A stretch of 64,000 nucleotides of DNA from the human T2T-CHM13v2.0 reference genome, Homo sapiens: assembly GCF_009914755.1 (NCBI RefSeq), contig NC_060928.1. One strand, written 5' to 3'. Shown in pieces: positions 17,448 through 31,300 of this stretch; positions within the stretch are counted from its first letter, which is position 1; every line of letters begins with the position of its first letter. Made by a program: the position numbers and the translations under genes. The notes below the pieces were generated by a model, which had not been told where the DNA came from, searched no databases, and saw nothing but the letters and a program-made list of their open reading frames with translations.

Positions 17448-18169
17448 CCTTCATTTTGTTTGTGCTGGTGTCAGAACTGCAAATAAAAATGCAACAATGT
17501 TCATGTAGAACATCTTGAAGAATTTTAATTCATCAATCTGGTAGGAAGACATAGTATCCCATTTTATATCTTCAACAGTTATATTTAACTTTGTAAAATT
17601 TACCAGTTGTACATGTAAGTAAAAAATAAAACTATTTGAGTCCCATCTATATAAACATGCAAATATGATCACTATTTAGTGGTAACGAACAGTCATAAGT
17701 TATGAGTGGAAGCAGTTTTAATATCATTTATTTCTCACTTGAGAAGACTTGATAGAATTAGTACCTGTGTCTAATCTGATATTCTTATTTTAGTTATTAA
17801 AACATGATAAAACCTAAGAAAACAGACCTTCTTTACAAACTTATCTTCCCTGTGGAATGTAATTTATTTATTTTATAAAAAAATTCTTTTTAAAAATGTG
17901 GTAATATAACAAATATAAATTCTAATTATGGATTTCTTGTGTATTTAGTATGTAAACAGTAGATATTTTGTTTGATATAATCCTTAATGATATAGATATT
18001 AACTATCTCACAATTTTTAAATAAATGAAAGAACCTCAAAAAGTTACAAGCATTATATGCTCTTCTAATGAGCTATAGCAAGAAAAAATTAATGTGGTAA
18101 AATTAAAATTTAGCTTAGATTTCCTGGTGCCCAATACATTAGTCTGGTCTCCATATTCAGTATTGGAGT

Positions 18170-18390
18170 TTATGAATATATTTACATTTACAATATATGT
18201 AATATATTGTACTATATTATTTGTACATATATGTACAAATATATTATATGTACATATAATATATATGTAATATATTACAATATATGTAATATATTTGTAC
18301 ATGTAATATAAACATACATAGTTTAATAAGCATTAAACTATATATATAGCTTAATAATTATATATATTATTAAACATTATAATATATAAT
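18170..18390. repeat. AT-rich low-complexity (TATAA/TATGTA-type) repeat
   Basis: Degenerate TA-based units; TTACAATATATGTAATAT occurs twice. Confidence 0.8.
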
Positions 18391-18904
18391 GGTCCAATGT
18401 ACAGGCAAATATGTTTTTTGATAAATCTTACTCAGATTTGATACATTTTAAATTTATCTTCTGGTCAAAATATAGATAGGCTTAATTTATAGCCATGGTG
18501 GTCACTAAATATCTCTTTAGAATACCTTAGGAACATAGATTAAAAAAATCCACATTGAAGTATTATTTGCAATATGGATTTAAAATGTTTGAGGTTCTTG
18601 ATGCATTTAAAATAGGTTTGTAATTCCAAATATAAATATCCTCAAACTATATCTGTAACTAAAAACAATAATAATAGTATAATATGCTTAATTTTTCCTC
18701 AGTTTTCTGTTGATTCTTACATTTGAAGAATTAATAGCTATAGATTAGTTCATATTTCCAGTGACTAGATTTTTGATGTTTTAAAGAAGGCTGGTAATTT
18801 TAGAACATTCTACTGAGCATAATAAAGGAACTTGTGACTTAAGGTTCCACCTTTTGCATAGAGAGTTATATGAAAACAAGTAGCAAGTCCAGGTAGACAC
18901 ATTG

Positions 18905-19400
18905 TGAATAAGGTAGATATGAAGTTATCCGTCACAGGACTGAAAGTTCACTAAAAGACCCAAACAGATAAAGGAAAACATGCAAATACAGTGGGAAAAT
19001 GCTATGAAAATGTTAGTACAGGACACTATGGAAACATTAGAATATATCTGGAATTAAAGTATGCATATGTTAAAATGTGTCAGACCAGTAATGATTATGT
19101 GTATTTGTGTATGTGCATGTGTGTACATATGTGTTAATGTAGTTTTTCACTCTGTCAGAGCAAATACAGCAAATACACATAAAGTTCTGAACTTAAAAGA
19201 TTACATTATATATCAGAACTACAAAGGACTCAAAGAGTTTCAATATATTTATAGCATAAAATGTGACATACTGATGGGGAAGGCAGAAAGAAATGAGTTA
19301 GGAGAGAGAAAAAAATAATGTATTGATGGAAGCCTTTGTAAACTGCGTTAAGTACTATACTCTTTCTTTTCCTAAGGGTATTGAATATCTGTGAAATAAA
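18905..19400 (-). mobile_element. L2 LINE relic
   Basis: AATACAGTGGGAAAATGCTATGA..TACAGGACACTATGGAAACA and GCCTTTGTAAACTGCGTTAAG resemble antisense L2. Confidence 0.45.
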
Positions 19401-20400
19401 TTGCTTGTTGAAAATTATTACTTAAGTGTTGGTAGAAAGTGCTAAAATGCTTTAAATTTTAGGTGAACATACATGAGTTTGACTAAAATCGTGAAAATAC
19501 GGTATTTGTAGAATACGGGTATCTTTTAACTACAGGAAACAGAAAAACAAAGCCCACTTGATTGGTCCATACAATATAAGCCTCAAGAGGTGTGAGATTT
19601 TATTTTCTACTGTCTTTATTACTGCTCTCTAATATAAAACCATAGCACTTGATATATAGGCGCACCATAAAATTTTGGATAATGTAATGAAAATGGGTGT
19701 TGCTCATAGTTTCATAATATTAAAATATCGAAGGTCTAGTTCTTTAGATTGAAAGGAAGTTGGTTAAGATTAGAGCATTTATTAAGATTTTAAATAAAAT
19801 TTAAAGGATGAAAGAAAGGATATTGCCAAATAAGGAATGTTGATATGAATATAAAATACCTTAGTGTCTTCTATAGGGAGATTATGATTTGCAAGCATAA
19901 TAAGCATATAGGGGTACACAAAAATAGAGATGGAGAACCGTAATCAGGGTAAATAAATAAGATTTCTCTAGAATACTCAAAGTTGAATATAAAATTTGGT
20001 TATAAACAAAATTTCCCACTAATTCACAATTTCTGTATGTATTACAATAAGCACAGAAAATCCTAAAGCAACATTTTATGCAGTGGTATTTTCTCTATTT
20101 CTGCAACGTCTTTATCTCTCTTCTTTTAAGTTCCTTCCATAATATGAGCAGTACATTCAATTTTCAAAAGAAAAAATAGCTTTTATCTGTTCATTCAGTT
20201 ATTTATCATTGCCAACCTGGTAAATACAGCATTTGTAGAATTTTCAAATGAATATTGTTCTCTGGCAAAGAATAGGAGTCACATTTGTAATCCCTTTGTT
20301 TCAGATCCTCATGGAAAGTAGATGGTATTTAAAGTATATGGTACTTAATTTATTATTTTACAAATCTATAAAAATGTTTAAAATGCATCTCTTTAATAAT

Positions 20401-20466
20401 AATAATGTAATATAAATTACATTGAGAATATTAATAATGTAATATAAATTACATTGAGAATATTAA
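20401..20466. repeat. Perfect 32-bp tandem duplication
   Basis: AATAATGTAATATAAATTACATTGAGAATATT at 20401-20432 and 20433-20464. Confidence 0.95.
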
Positions 20467-20847
20467 AGTCCCAGAGATTAAGATAGACTATGTTTTTGAT
20501 AAAATGTGGCCATGTGAATGGGTATCATCATTAATGTGGATCATATCTTTCACTGTAAAAAATTTGTTCTCATTGGCAATTTTTCTGTAGAATCAAATCT
20601 CTGATTGTCTATGTAAAACTCTTTGGTGATAGCCAAGTTCTTCTGCCCTTTGTGTCTTTAACTGGAGTCATAAAGTATACCAGTGTTTCTAGGGCTGTCC
20701 CTGCTTGTGTTTTGTCATACAATAATAATGATTAGTATTGTTCCACATTTTGCCCTAAATCTCCCAGTTTTAACTGTAAGCTTATAAAATATATTCTGAT
20801 CCCATCCTGAATCTTAGACAAATAATCTTCCTGAGATGCTCTTATTT

Positions 20848-20918
20848 AGAGAGACGGAGAGAGAGGGGGAGAGAGAGCGAGAGTGAGAATGAGGGAGAGA
20901 GAGGGAGAGAGAGAGAGA
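20848..20918. repeat. (GA)n-rich polypurine microsatellite
   Basis: Interrupted GA repeats read directly. Confidence 0.9.
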
Positions 20919-21192
20919 ATATAAAGAAATTAAATTCAAATAAAGGAAAGTAATAATAAAACTCAATGCTTTACTAAGATTATTGAATCAGAAATCTTGT
21001 TACATCACAACTTTCTAGAAAAAAACTCTGAGAAGGTATTCATTAGAATGGAATAATCAAGGTAACACTTAATATGTAAGTAATTAAAGTAGGTCAAATA
21101 ACTAGATAACATGATGACAAATCCAGTATTCTTTCTACTAATCTACTGAGTAAATTTGACTGTAATTAAGACATTAAAGACTTACTATATCT

Positions 21193-21490
21193 TGTTTATC
21201 TGCTTGTTTGAGATGGAGTCTTGCTCTGTTGCCCAGGCTGGAGTGCAGAGGCGTGATCTCGGCTCACTACCACCTCGCCTCCCGGGTTCAAGCGATTCTC
21301 CCACCTCTGCCTCCCAAGTAGCTGGGATTACAGGCACCTGTCATCATGCCTGGCTAATGTTTGTATTTTTGTAGAGACAGGGTTTTGCCATATTGGCCAA
21401 GCTGGTCTTGAACTCCTGACCTCAAGTGATCAGTCTGCCTCGGCCTCCCAAAGTGCCTGGGATTACAAGCGTGAGCCACCACGCCCAGCC
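21193..21490 (-). mobile_element. AluSz/Sx-like
   Basis: Antisense dimer GAGATGGAGTCTTGCTC...CCACGCCCAGCC; TSD CTTACTAT(A/C)TCT at 21181-21192 and 21491-21502. Confidence 0.95.
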
Positions 21491-24444
21491 CTTACTATCT
21501 CTATTCTATGTTTATTTGTTTATGAATGTGTCTCTAAATCATTTGATCATAAGGTACTCTGAGGTACCTTTTAAGAAAGAAAGAGTGACATCAGCAAGAT
21601 GGCCAACTAGAATTACCTGTTTCTCATTCTCCCCACAGAAAGGGAGCAGAACAACAAATAAACAACTATATTTAAACTGGAGTGATGGAAGAGCACCAGG
21701 GGAGCAGTGAAATCCATGTAGAGCATGGAAGCCCAGGATAGATCCACAGAGAGGAAAACAGCATCCTACCTCTGCCACTGTTTCCCCTGCTATGTTTGGC
21801 TTGGAGCCAAGAGGAACTTTTTTATAGAATAAAAAAAAAAAAATAAGCTGGAGGCCCTCAATAGTTTACATTGCTGTTTAAAATGCAAACATTCTTCTAT
21901 GGGAGGGTTTCTCAGTCCTCACAGCCCTAGAATCCAGCTTGTACAATTAAGAGTCCAAATGACTGCATTTTGTCACAGAGTAGAAACCCTCTTTGCAGTC
22001 GCCACCCTGGCAACCTAAGCTTCTTTGGCATGGTGCCCTTTACAAACAAGAGCCACAGCTGGAGTGCATTTTGCTGAGGTAGCCAGTAGCCACTGAACAC
22101 CTCCATCTCTGAGGTCCCGTCATCATTCTACTGTGTTCAGAGGGGTGCCTGCAACACCACTACCGAGGCCTCCCAGAGCCTAGCCCCAAAGAACAACTGA
22201 GACACTGGCACCCTATCCAAAAGGAAAACAGGTGAACCTGCACAGTGATATCTAACAGCCACCCTGGCCTCCACATGCTTGTTTCTACAGCCAGTCTTAT
22301 AGATGCCCCGGTGGCAACTCTGCCTCCAAAGACAGAATGACGCATGGCAGCCTGGCTCAAATGTTCTCATGCCTGGCGTAAGAGCTATTCTGGTGGCAGC
22401 CCTGCCACCTTAAAGAGACTGCTAGCTCTCATGTCCTCAGAGCAGCAACCAACCTGGTGACCCTACCCCAGCAAAATCATGACACCATGGCCTTATATAA
22501 AATGTTTAGAGTACTGCTATAACTGGAAACAGAATAATATATATTATGAAAACACATGAAAGTATAAAACTCATCAGTATAAATTCATAATTATTCTCAG
22601 AATGTCCCAGAGCTGAAATGGTGCTCTGTAACACTTTCAAACCTCTAGTATAAAAATTTAACGTCAAAATGGCCCCCCCTCAAAAAAATAGCTACAGTCA
22701 GTGACTAAGAAACACACTATAGATGAAAATGTAAATTAGGGCAACAAGAATATAAGTGATCTGCGTGGGAGAAAAGTCTAAAGTATTTTTTTTTGCAACC
22801 AAAATTAAGTTGTTTTCAGCTTAGTCTATTAAAACAACAAGACGTTTTGTATTAGCCACATGGTAACCACAAAGAAAATAACAGCAAATATACAAATGAG
22901 GAAAAGAAAGCAGTTTAGCACTGCAGGAAACTACAAAATCATAGAGGAAATCTACAAGAGAGGAAGAAAGGAACAAATGATCTACAATCAGAAAACAATT
23001 TTTGGAATGTCAGTAGTAAGTCCTTACCTACTAATATAACTTTGAAAATAAGTAAATTAAATTATGTAACGAAAAGATACAGTGTGGGTGAGTGAATTTT
23101 TTAAAAAAGACTTAGTTTTATACTGCCCACAAAAAACTCACCTCACTGTAAAAGACAAACATAAACTAAAAGCAAAGAGATGAAAAAAGATATTTCATGC
23201 AAGTGAAACCGAATACAAGCAGTAGCTATAGTTATGTCAGATAAAGAGGACTTTAAGTCAAAAACTGTAAAAAGGGACAAGAAAGGCTATTACATAATGA
23301 TAAAAGAATCAATTTAACAAGAAGATATAACAATTAAAAAAATATGCACACCAAACCAGAGCACCCACATATATAAAGCAAATTTTACTAGATTTAACAC
23401 GAGAGTTAGACTGCAAATACAGTAATAGTAGAAACTTTCAACACCTCACTTTCAACAATGGACAGATTATCTAGACAGCAAATCAGTATAAAGGAACATA
23501 AAACTGCACCACAGACCAAATGGACCTAACAGATGTGTACAGAACATTTTATCCTATAGCTTCAGGATACACATTCTTCTTAATTGCACACAAAACATTT
23601 CCCAGGATAGGTCATATATTAGGTCATAAAACAAATCTTAACAAATTTAAGAAGATACACATCATATCAAATGTCTTTCCAATCACAAAGTATAAAACTA
23701 AAAATCAAGAAGAAAATCTTTGGAAACCTTAGAAATACATGAACATTTAACAATATGCTCCTATATAACCAATGGGTTAATGAAAAAATTAAAAATGAAA
23801 TTTAAAAATTATTTGAGACAAATGAGAATGGAAACACAATATACTAAAACTTATGGGACACAGTAAAATCAGTTCTATGAACAGGAAAGTTCACAGCACT
23901 AAATGCCTAGATCAAAAAGAACGATTTCCAATAAATAACTTAACCCTGCACTTCAAGAAACTAGAAAAATGAGAACAAACTAAACCGAATACTGACAGAA
24001 GAAAGAAAAAAATCTGAGAGCAGAAATAAGCAAAATAGAGACTAAAAAAAAGATCAACAAAACAAAGTGTTGGTCTTTGAAAAGATAAATAAAATAGACA
24101 AAACTTTAGCTAGACTAACATAAAAAGAGAAAAGACTGAAATAACTAAAATTTGAGATGAAAAAGGGATACTATTACTGATATCAAAGAGATACAGAAGA
24201 TTATAAGAGATTATTATGAATGACAATATGCCAACAAATTTGAAAACAAAGAAAATTGATAAATTTCTGGACACATATAACCTACCAAGATTAAATTATA
24301 AGTGAACAGAAATTTCTGATCAAATTAATGAGTATGGAAATTAAATCAGTATTCCATTATAGAAAAGTCCAGGAGCTGATGGCTTTACTGCTGAATTCTA
24401 CCAAACATTTAAAGGTTAATATCATTTTTTTCTCAAATTATTTC

Positions 24445-24707
24445 TTTTATATATATATATTTTTTTATTATACTTTAAGTTCTAGGGTACATGTGCACAA
24501 CGTGCAGATTTGTTAAATATTTATACGTGTGCCATGTTGGTGTGCTGCACCCAATAACTCCTCATTTACATTAGGTATATCTCCTAATGCTATCCTTCCC
24601 CCCTCCCCCCACCGCACACAACAGGCCCCGGTGTGTGATGTTCCCCTTCCTGTGTCCCAGACCTAAAACCGTAAAAACCCTAGAAGAAAACCTAGGCAAT
24701 ACCATTC
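24445..24707 (-). mobile_element. Short L1PA4/5-type insertion with 5' inversion (twin priming)
   Basis: Antisense 3' UTR (TTATACTTTAAGTTCTAGGGTACATG..) at 24445-24657 joined to a sense ORF2 piece at about 24659-24707; TSD TTCTCAAA(T/C)TATTTC at 24430-24444 and 24705-24719. Confidence 0.93.
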
Positions 24708-25809
24708 TCAAACTATTTCAAAAAAATTGAAATGAAGGAAATACTTCCAAACTCATTTTATGAAGCCAGCATTTTCCTGATGTGAAAACAAGACAAGGAC
24801 ATGGCTGAAACAGAAAACCACAGACCAACATCCTTGATGAACATAGATGCAAAAATCCTCACATTAGCAGCAAACTGAATTCAACAGCACATTAAAAAGA
24901 TCATTCACTATGATCAAGTGGGATTCATTTTCATGATGTAAGGATAGGACTTGCACTTTGCACAACCTACACTTTTATTAAAAAAGCCTCTCATTAAAAG
25001 AAATAAAAATTAAAAACATGATTTTTTCAATAGATACAGAAAATTCATTTGACAAAATCCAATATCCTTTCTTAAAAAATTCTAACAAAATAGGTATACA
25101 AGGTGTGTAACTCAGCACCATAAAAGCCGATATATGACAAACCCACAGCTCATAGCATACTGAAAAGCTAAAAGCATTTCTTCTAATATCAGAAACAAGA
25201 CAAAGGTGTTCATTTTCACCAGTCCTATTGATCATGGTACTGAAAATCTTAGCCAAAGCAAGTAGGCAAGTGAAAGTAATAAAATGCTTCCAAATAAAAA
25301 ATGCTCAACTTTGCCAGTCATGGGGAAATGCAAGTCGAAACCATAATGAGTTATTACATCACTCCAGTTAGAATGGCTATTATCAAAAATATAAAAGTAA
25401 ACAAATATTGGTGAGGATGTGGAGAAAGGGGAATATTTACACTCTGTTGGTGGGATTGTAAATTAGTAAAACCATTATGGAAAACAATATGAGGATTCTT
25501 CAAAAACTTAAAACTGCTATATCCAGCAATTCCACTACTATATACATATATATATTTCAAAGAAATTAAATCCATGTGTGGAAGGAATAGCTTCCCTCTC
25601 ATGTTTATTGCAGCATTATTTACAGAAGTGTCCAAAAATGGATGAATGAAATACACTGTGGAATACTATTCAGCCATAAAAAGAAAAAAAATACTATCCT
25701 TTATGATAACACAAATACACCTGGAGGACGTCAAGATAAGTGGAATATGCCAAGCAAAGAAATACAAATATCACAGGATCTCATTCATATGTGGAATCTT
25801 AAAATAGTT

Positions 25810-25841
25810 TGTGTATATGTGTGTGTGTGTCTGTGTGTGTC

Positions 25842-25872
<31 letters not shown>
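25810..25872. repeat. Compound (TG)n(GA)n microsatellite within the L1MA 3' UTR
   Basis: Read directly. Confidence 0.9.
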
Positions 25873-25873
<1 letters not shown>

Positions 25874-26135
25874 TTGATATCATAGAATCATAGAAGCTGA
25901 GAATAGATCAAGCCTTGGAGAGGAAGGGGGTAGAATGGGGAGAGGTTGGTTGGTGGTCAATGGGAAGGAAGTTAAAATCATATAGCAGGAATAAGTTTTA
26001 GTGTTCTAACACAGAGAAGGATGAGAATGGTTTATAGTAACGCTTTTTATATTACAAAATAACTAGAAGAAAATCTATTGAATGCTCTTACTACAAAAAT
26101 ATGATAAAAACATGAGCTAATAGATATACTAACTA

Positions 26136-26441
26136 GGCAGGGCATGGTGGCTCACGTCTGTAATCCCAGCACTTTGGGAGGCCGAGGTGGGTGGATTATG
26201 AGGTCAGGAGGTTGAGACCATCCTGGCTAACACGGTGAAACCCCGTCTCTAATAAAAATATAAAAATTTAGCTGGGCGTGGTGGGCGGGCGCCTGTAGTC
26301 CCAGCTACTCGGGAGGCTGAGGCAGGAGAATGGTGTGAACCTGGGAGGCGGAGCTTTCAGTGAACTGAGATCGCGCCACTGTTCTCCAGCCTGGGCTACA
26401 GAGACAGACTCCGTATCAAAAAAAAAAAAAAAAAAAAAAAA
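26136..26441 (+). mobile_element. AluY
   Basis: Diagnostics CCATCCTGGCTAACACGGTG, GGCGGGCGCC, AGAATGG.GTGAACC, GCGGAGCTT; pure poly(A) tail at 26418-26441. Confidence 0.96.
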
Positions 26442-27755
26442 TGCTAAATATGCTGATTTGAGCATTACACAATACATATATGTACCTAAACATCAAATTA
26501 CACTCTGTATAATGTGTCAATTTAAATACAAGGGGGATAAATTATGTGTGCTGTAACATTACTTAAATTCTATCTAGAAATTTATATATTTTTTCCAGAT
26601 TTATTTTTAGCACCGTACTTAGTGTTGAAAGCCAGTCACTATAAAGAAAATGTGTTGGAATGCCATTAATGATTTTTACAAATTGTTTAAAAGTGCTAGT
26701 GTTCTTTCATTTGCTTCCATGTATGTTTTATATGACTTTTATATATCTATGTCAGTTAATTTTTTTAACTGTTAAAAAATATTAGGTAGGAAAAAAAGGC
26801 ACACATACACACTCACACACACATAAGTTATGGGATATGTAGTTTATTTTCTTTAGTTATTCTATAAGCTGTTTCTTCAATTACTTTTCTATATCTTATT
26901 TATTGGTCTCACTTATTACAATTGTTTTAATAAGGAATAAATAATTATCATAAAAGGCTAATTCCAATTGAATTTTTTTTAAAAAAAGGGCAAGAAAATA
27001 TGCTTTGTGTATTGTGTACATTTTTATACCTTAGGTTATGAGTCTTGAGAACTTAGGGTAGTAAGTTTTACATTTCTATTCTCCGGTACTTATATACTAT
27101 TTAATAGAAATGCAAAAAAAAAAAAAAAGTCTGTCATCCTAGTAGCCATATTCACAGAAAAACAAGTATTTGACAAAGTGAACTCCATGGGCTATTTTTT
27201 TTCTTTCAAGATTCTCTTTTATCTTTGGGGATTAATTATTTAGGATTTTTCTAGTTTTCGTGTTTATTTGCAGGTGGTTCTAGCATCTTTCCTTTTTTTT
27301 CCCTCTGTGAAAACAGGATACATTTGTATGAAGAACCCTGTAATTTTGTGTTTAAGGAAAACTGTGTCTTATTTTGGATATGTTAAAATTCAATCACATG
27401 CAAGTATTTTAGCACATCATGTTTTTATTTGTGGTGTGAATTTTTTAAAACCTGCCACAGAGTAACATCTAACGTTTGAGAGTCTGATGTTACAGATTTA
27501 AGTTCTTTCATCTGTCACATTGTTAATCCTTGCAGAGTTAAAGCAAAATTAATAGGCTTACAATTCAGCCAAATCCATAAAATCTAATGAACCAAATTTT
27601 ATAATCTATAAGTTTATAAAAGTGAGTAATTCAATCAAATTGACATGTAATACAAAATAAATGGTTTAGGGTTAATCAGTTGGGCGAAAAGACTTTTTCT
27701 GTGTGCATCATGCATCAGAATGATCAGCGAGCACATTTAAAAATTCATGTTACTC

Positions 27756-28342
27756 AAAAGATCTGGAAGCAGAAACACCATTCGACCTAGCACTCCTATT
27801 AATAGGTATATACCCAAAGGAATATAAATCATTCTATTATAAAGATATATACATGCCTATGTTCATTACAGCACTATCCACAATAGCAAAGATATGGAAT
27901 CAACATAAATATCCATCAATAATAGACTGGGTAAAACAAAATATGTTACATACACACCATGGAATACTATGCAACCATAAAAAGGAATGAGATCATGTCC
28001 TTTTCAGGGACGTGGATGGGACTGGAAGACATTATCCTCAGCAAATTACGCAAGGAACAGAAAACCAAACACAGCATGTTCTCATTTATAAGTGGGAGCT
28101 GAACAATTAGAACACATGGACACGTTGTGGGGAACAACAAACACTGGGGCCTATCAGCAGCGGTGGGGTGGGGATGGAGGGAAGGAGAGCATCAGGAATA
28201 AGAGCTAATGGATATTGGGCTTACTACCTAGGCAATGGGTTGATCTGTGCAGCAAACCACCATGGCACACATGTACCTGTGTAACAAACCTGCGCATCCT
28301 GAACATGTACCCTGGAACTAAAAATAAAAGTTGATGAAAAAT
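27756..28342 (+). mobile_element. 5'-truncated LINE-1 3' end (L1PA8A/PA10-like)
   Basis: GAGAGCATCAGGA..GCTAATGGA..GGGTTGATCTGTGCAGCAAACCACCATGGC; TSD AATTCAT(G/A)TTACTC at 27742-27755 and 28343-28356. Confidence 0.94.
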
Positions 28343-31300
28343 AATTCATATTACTCTAGAATATTGAGGGAGAAGCAATATTTGCTAGGGATTTTTCAGC
28401 AACTTCATACAAGAGAATGGCCCAAAGCAACTTATAACTTGCCTCTTCCTTGAAAGGGTGCTGAAATTATCACAGTTTGTCCATGTATTTAAAATGTCAT
28501 TATTTATAAAGTACATGTGTTCAGATAATTACAAACCCTTTGCCATTTAGGCCAGTTTATATCAATTATTTTGTAATTTGTTTGTACACTATATTGCTCT
28601 GAACAGAGCAGTATATATTAATTTATGTAACTCTTGTGAATTTTAGCAGTTTTATATAATCTTATTAACTCTCATTTTTCATTATTGGCTTTAAATATAA
28701 ATCTTTAATATTTTCTATTTCTTTTTAGGGCCTACATAGTGAGGCCACACTTTTTAAGCCACTGTTTATTCTTAATATAATTATTTTCTAAATTTCAATG
28801 TTAGTATAATGCCCAATGAAGGCAAAGAACTATTTCTGAAGACTGAGAAAATGCAAGCATAATACTTGCAAATAATTACCTCAGAATATGTTAAAATTCT
28901 CAAAAATCAAAAAGGAAGTACAAACATATGAATGGCATTATTTGTTGAAATATGAATTATACATAATCTCTGATAAAGCTTTATATTCTCCAGAAATAAC
29001 TGGAAGAATACACAGAGAGTCATATACAAGTACGTAATTAAAGCACTGTTTATAACAACTAAACATTTGAAAATATCTTATGGAATTTGTAAGTAATAGT
29101 GGGCTGTATTGATATGTTACAGTAAATCTATTCCATAGAATAATATGCAACTTGAAAAAGGATGAGGCAGAGAAATATACAATGATGAGAGAAAGTATCC
29201 AAGAGATTGCTAATTAAAAAAATAAGTTTATCTAATATATATTTGTGTGTGTAAATAAGCACACAATTAATGACTAATGATAGTTTTATACATGATTACT
29301 CAGAGAGTTAGAAAGAATATGGGTGGAATATTGAGCTTGTAGTTTTTTTCTAATTTGAAACTTTTAATAATACAACATGAATTAATGTGTAACCCAATTA
29401 TTATAATTTTAAGTAATAATTAGTGGCAATCTAGAAAACTAGAAAATACAGATAAATATAAAAGAAAAATAATAATCGCTCATAATATAATCATCCAGAG
29501 ATAAGTGTTTTTGACATAACTCTTTGCAGTACTCTCTAGATATATAAATTGATCCATAAGTATATAATTTACATGTATATACATTTTACTGTATTCATAT
29601 TTTATTGTATTGTTTGAATATTATTAGTTTGCATATTTCAGTATTAATATTTTTTCTTCAAGAGCAATGCCAGAATTATAACCTTTTCTATTTGTTTTGC
29701 AAGTTTGAATTACAAAATCATGACCTGATTTTTACATCTACTGCAGAAAATGAGTGCCCTCATCAAAGCCTGTTTACCAAAATGTGTGCATTTTAATTTG
29801 TTTCAAATCACTACTTTGATAACATTGAACATTTTATTTTAACTTTGAATTACACCTGGGAATGACTGTTTTGCAGGACATCACTTCTCCACCAAACTCT
29901 CCTCCTAACAACTGGTTTCTTTATTAAAAATATTTTTATTCTTATTTAGTCATTCTTTCATTACTTTTCAATGATATCCACAATTTCAAATGTTTGACAC
30001 AAAGGTAAAGAATAAAATCATATTAGGAGACATACTTGTCACTATAACACAAAACTTCAAATTTTTGTTTCATAACAGTGAGATTAATACATATCAAATA
30101 GATATCAGAATCTCTATGCTTAAATAAAGCTTCTGGGTAGAAAATGCTGCAAAACTGAGAAGTCTGTATAAAACTGACATTTCATAAACAATATTTTTAT
30201 TAAAAACCCCAGAAAGTTTTGCCCCAAAAGACATTAAAATTGTGCAGAAATATGTGATAAAAAATGGGAACAAAAAATAATAAAAGTTGTGCCTGTGGTA
30301 TATTTTATTTCAACGAAAAACTGTTTTTTCTTTTTTTTTGTCTCAAGCAAAAGTAGATGATCAAAAGAAAGTTCCATGTAAAAAATTATTTAGGATGCTC
30401 TTGAACTCAAGTGAAACATGCAGCTCAGTTCATGTTCCTGATCTACTTACACTTCATCAGTTGGCCAAAATACTGAAACAATATTTAAAAAATAAATTCC
30501 TTTTTAAAGAATACCATGGAAAGAGAACAAAATGAGCATGACAATTTCCTATAATTTCATTTAAGTATTCACTTCAAGTGTTTCATGTTACCTTCTTTAA
30601 TTAGTCCTTTCTATAAAGGAAAATCATGCTTTCTTCAATGAAGGACAATGACTCAATTACTCAACAATACCAGGTCATACTCTGTGGGCTCTAAGTAAGA
30701 ATCAAGCCCCATTCTGCAAGGAATTCAATGTGCTGCTTATCAGTTTATTAATCAGTACGATTTTATATGGTAACCTTTTTCTCTCTTGGATTATTTGTCA
30801 AGTGACTGGCCTTGGTTTGCTCTTATTTGGCTTTATCTGACGTGGAGTTGATAAGTTTATCTTTTTCATTTAGGATGCCTAAAAGTAAATTTGAACAATA
30901 ACTTTATGCTTCTGATCCAACACCTTAATTTATAAACATTTAATCATTAACAATACTGAATTTGTAAATTTTACATAATCTATCTTGTATCACACCACAT
31001 ATTTTTAGGAAACAGTTGAGATTCAATCATGCTTCAAAGATACAGGATACTTAGTTAAAAACCCTATCTCCGTATTTTTAGACAATATAAAGATTTTGTT
31101 GTATACGTAACAGAAAAATATATTTCTGCCATTGATTATTTAACACTTGAATTTTAATTTATGTTGTGAGTCATCAAAATTATATTTGATATTTTTAATA
31201 TGTAAAATATTACTCAACATGTAAAATACAATAATTATACATATTTAAAGCAGATTACAAATATATTTTTTCAGTCCTTGCCCAAGTAACTATTGAATTC

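Larger units (their letters stand above)
21580..26528 (+). mobile_element. Old LINE-1 (L1M/L1MA4-8-like) with internal deletions, hosting an L1PA and an AluY
   Basis: 5' UTR GAGTGACATCAGCAAGATGGC; ORF1 essentially absent (jump near 22500); EN remnant MDLTDVYRTFYP..GHILGHKTNLNKFKK (23520-23732); jump near 25300 to the 3' end; L1MA-type tail ..CTGATTTGAGCATTACAC..TGTGTCAATTTAAA. Confidence 0.88.
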
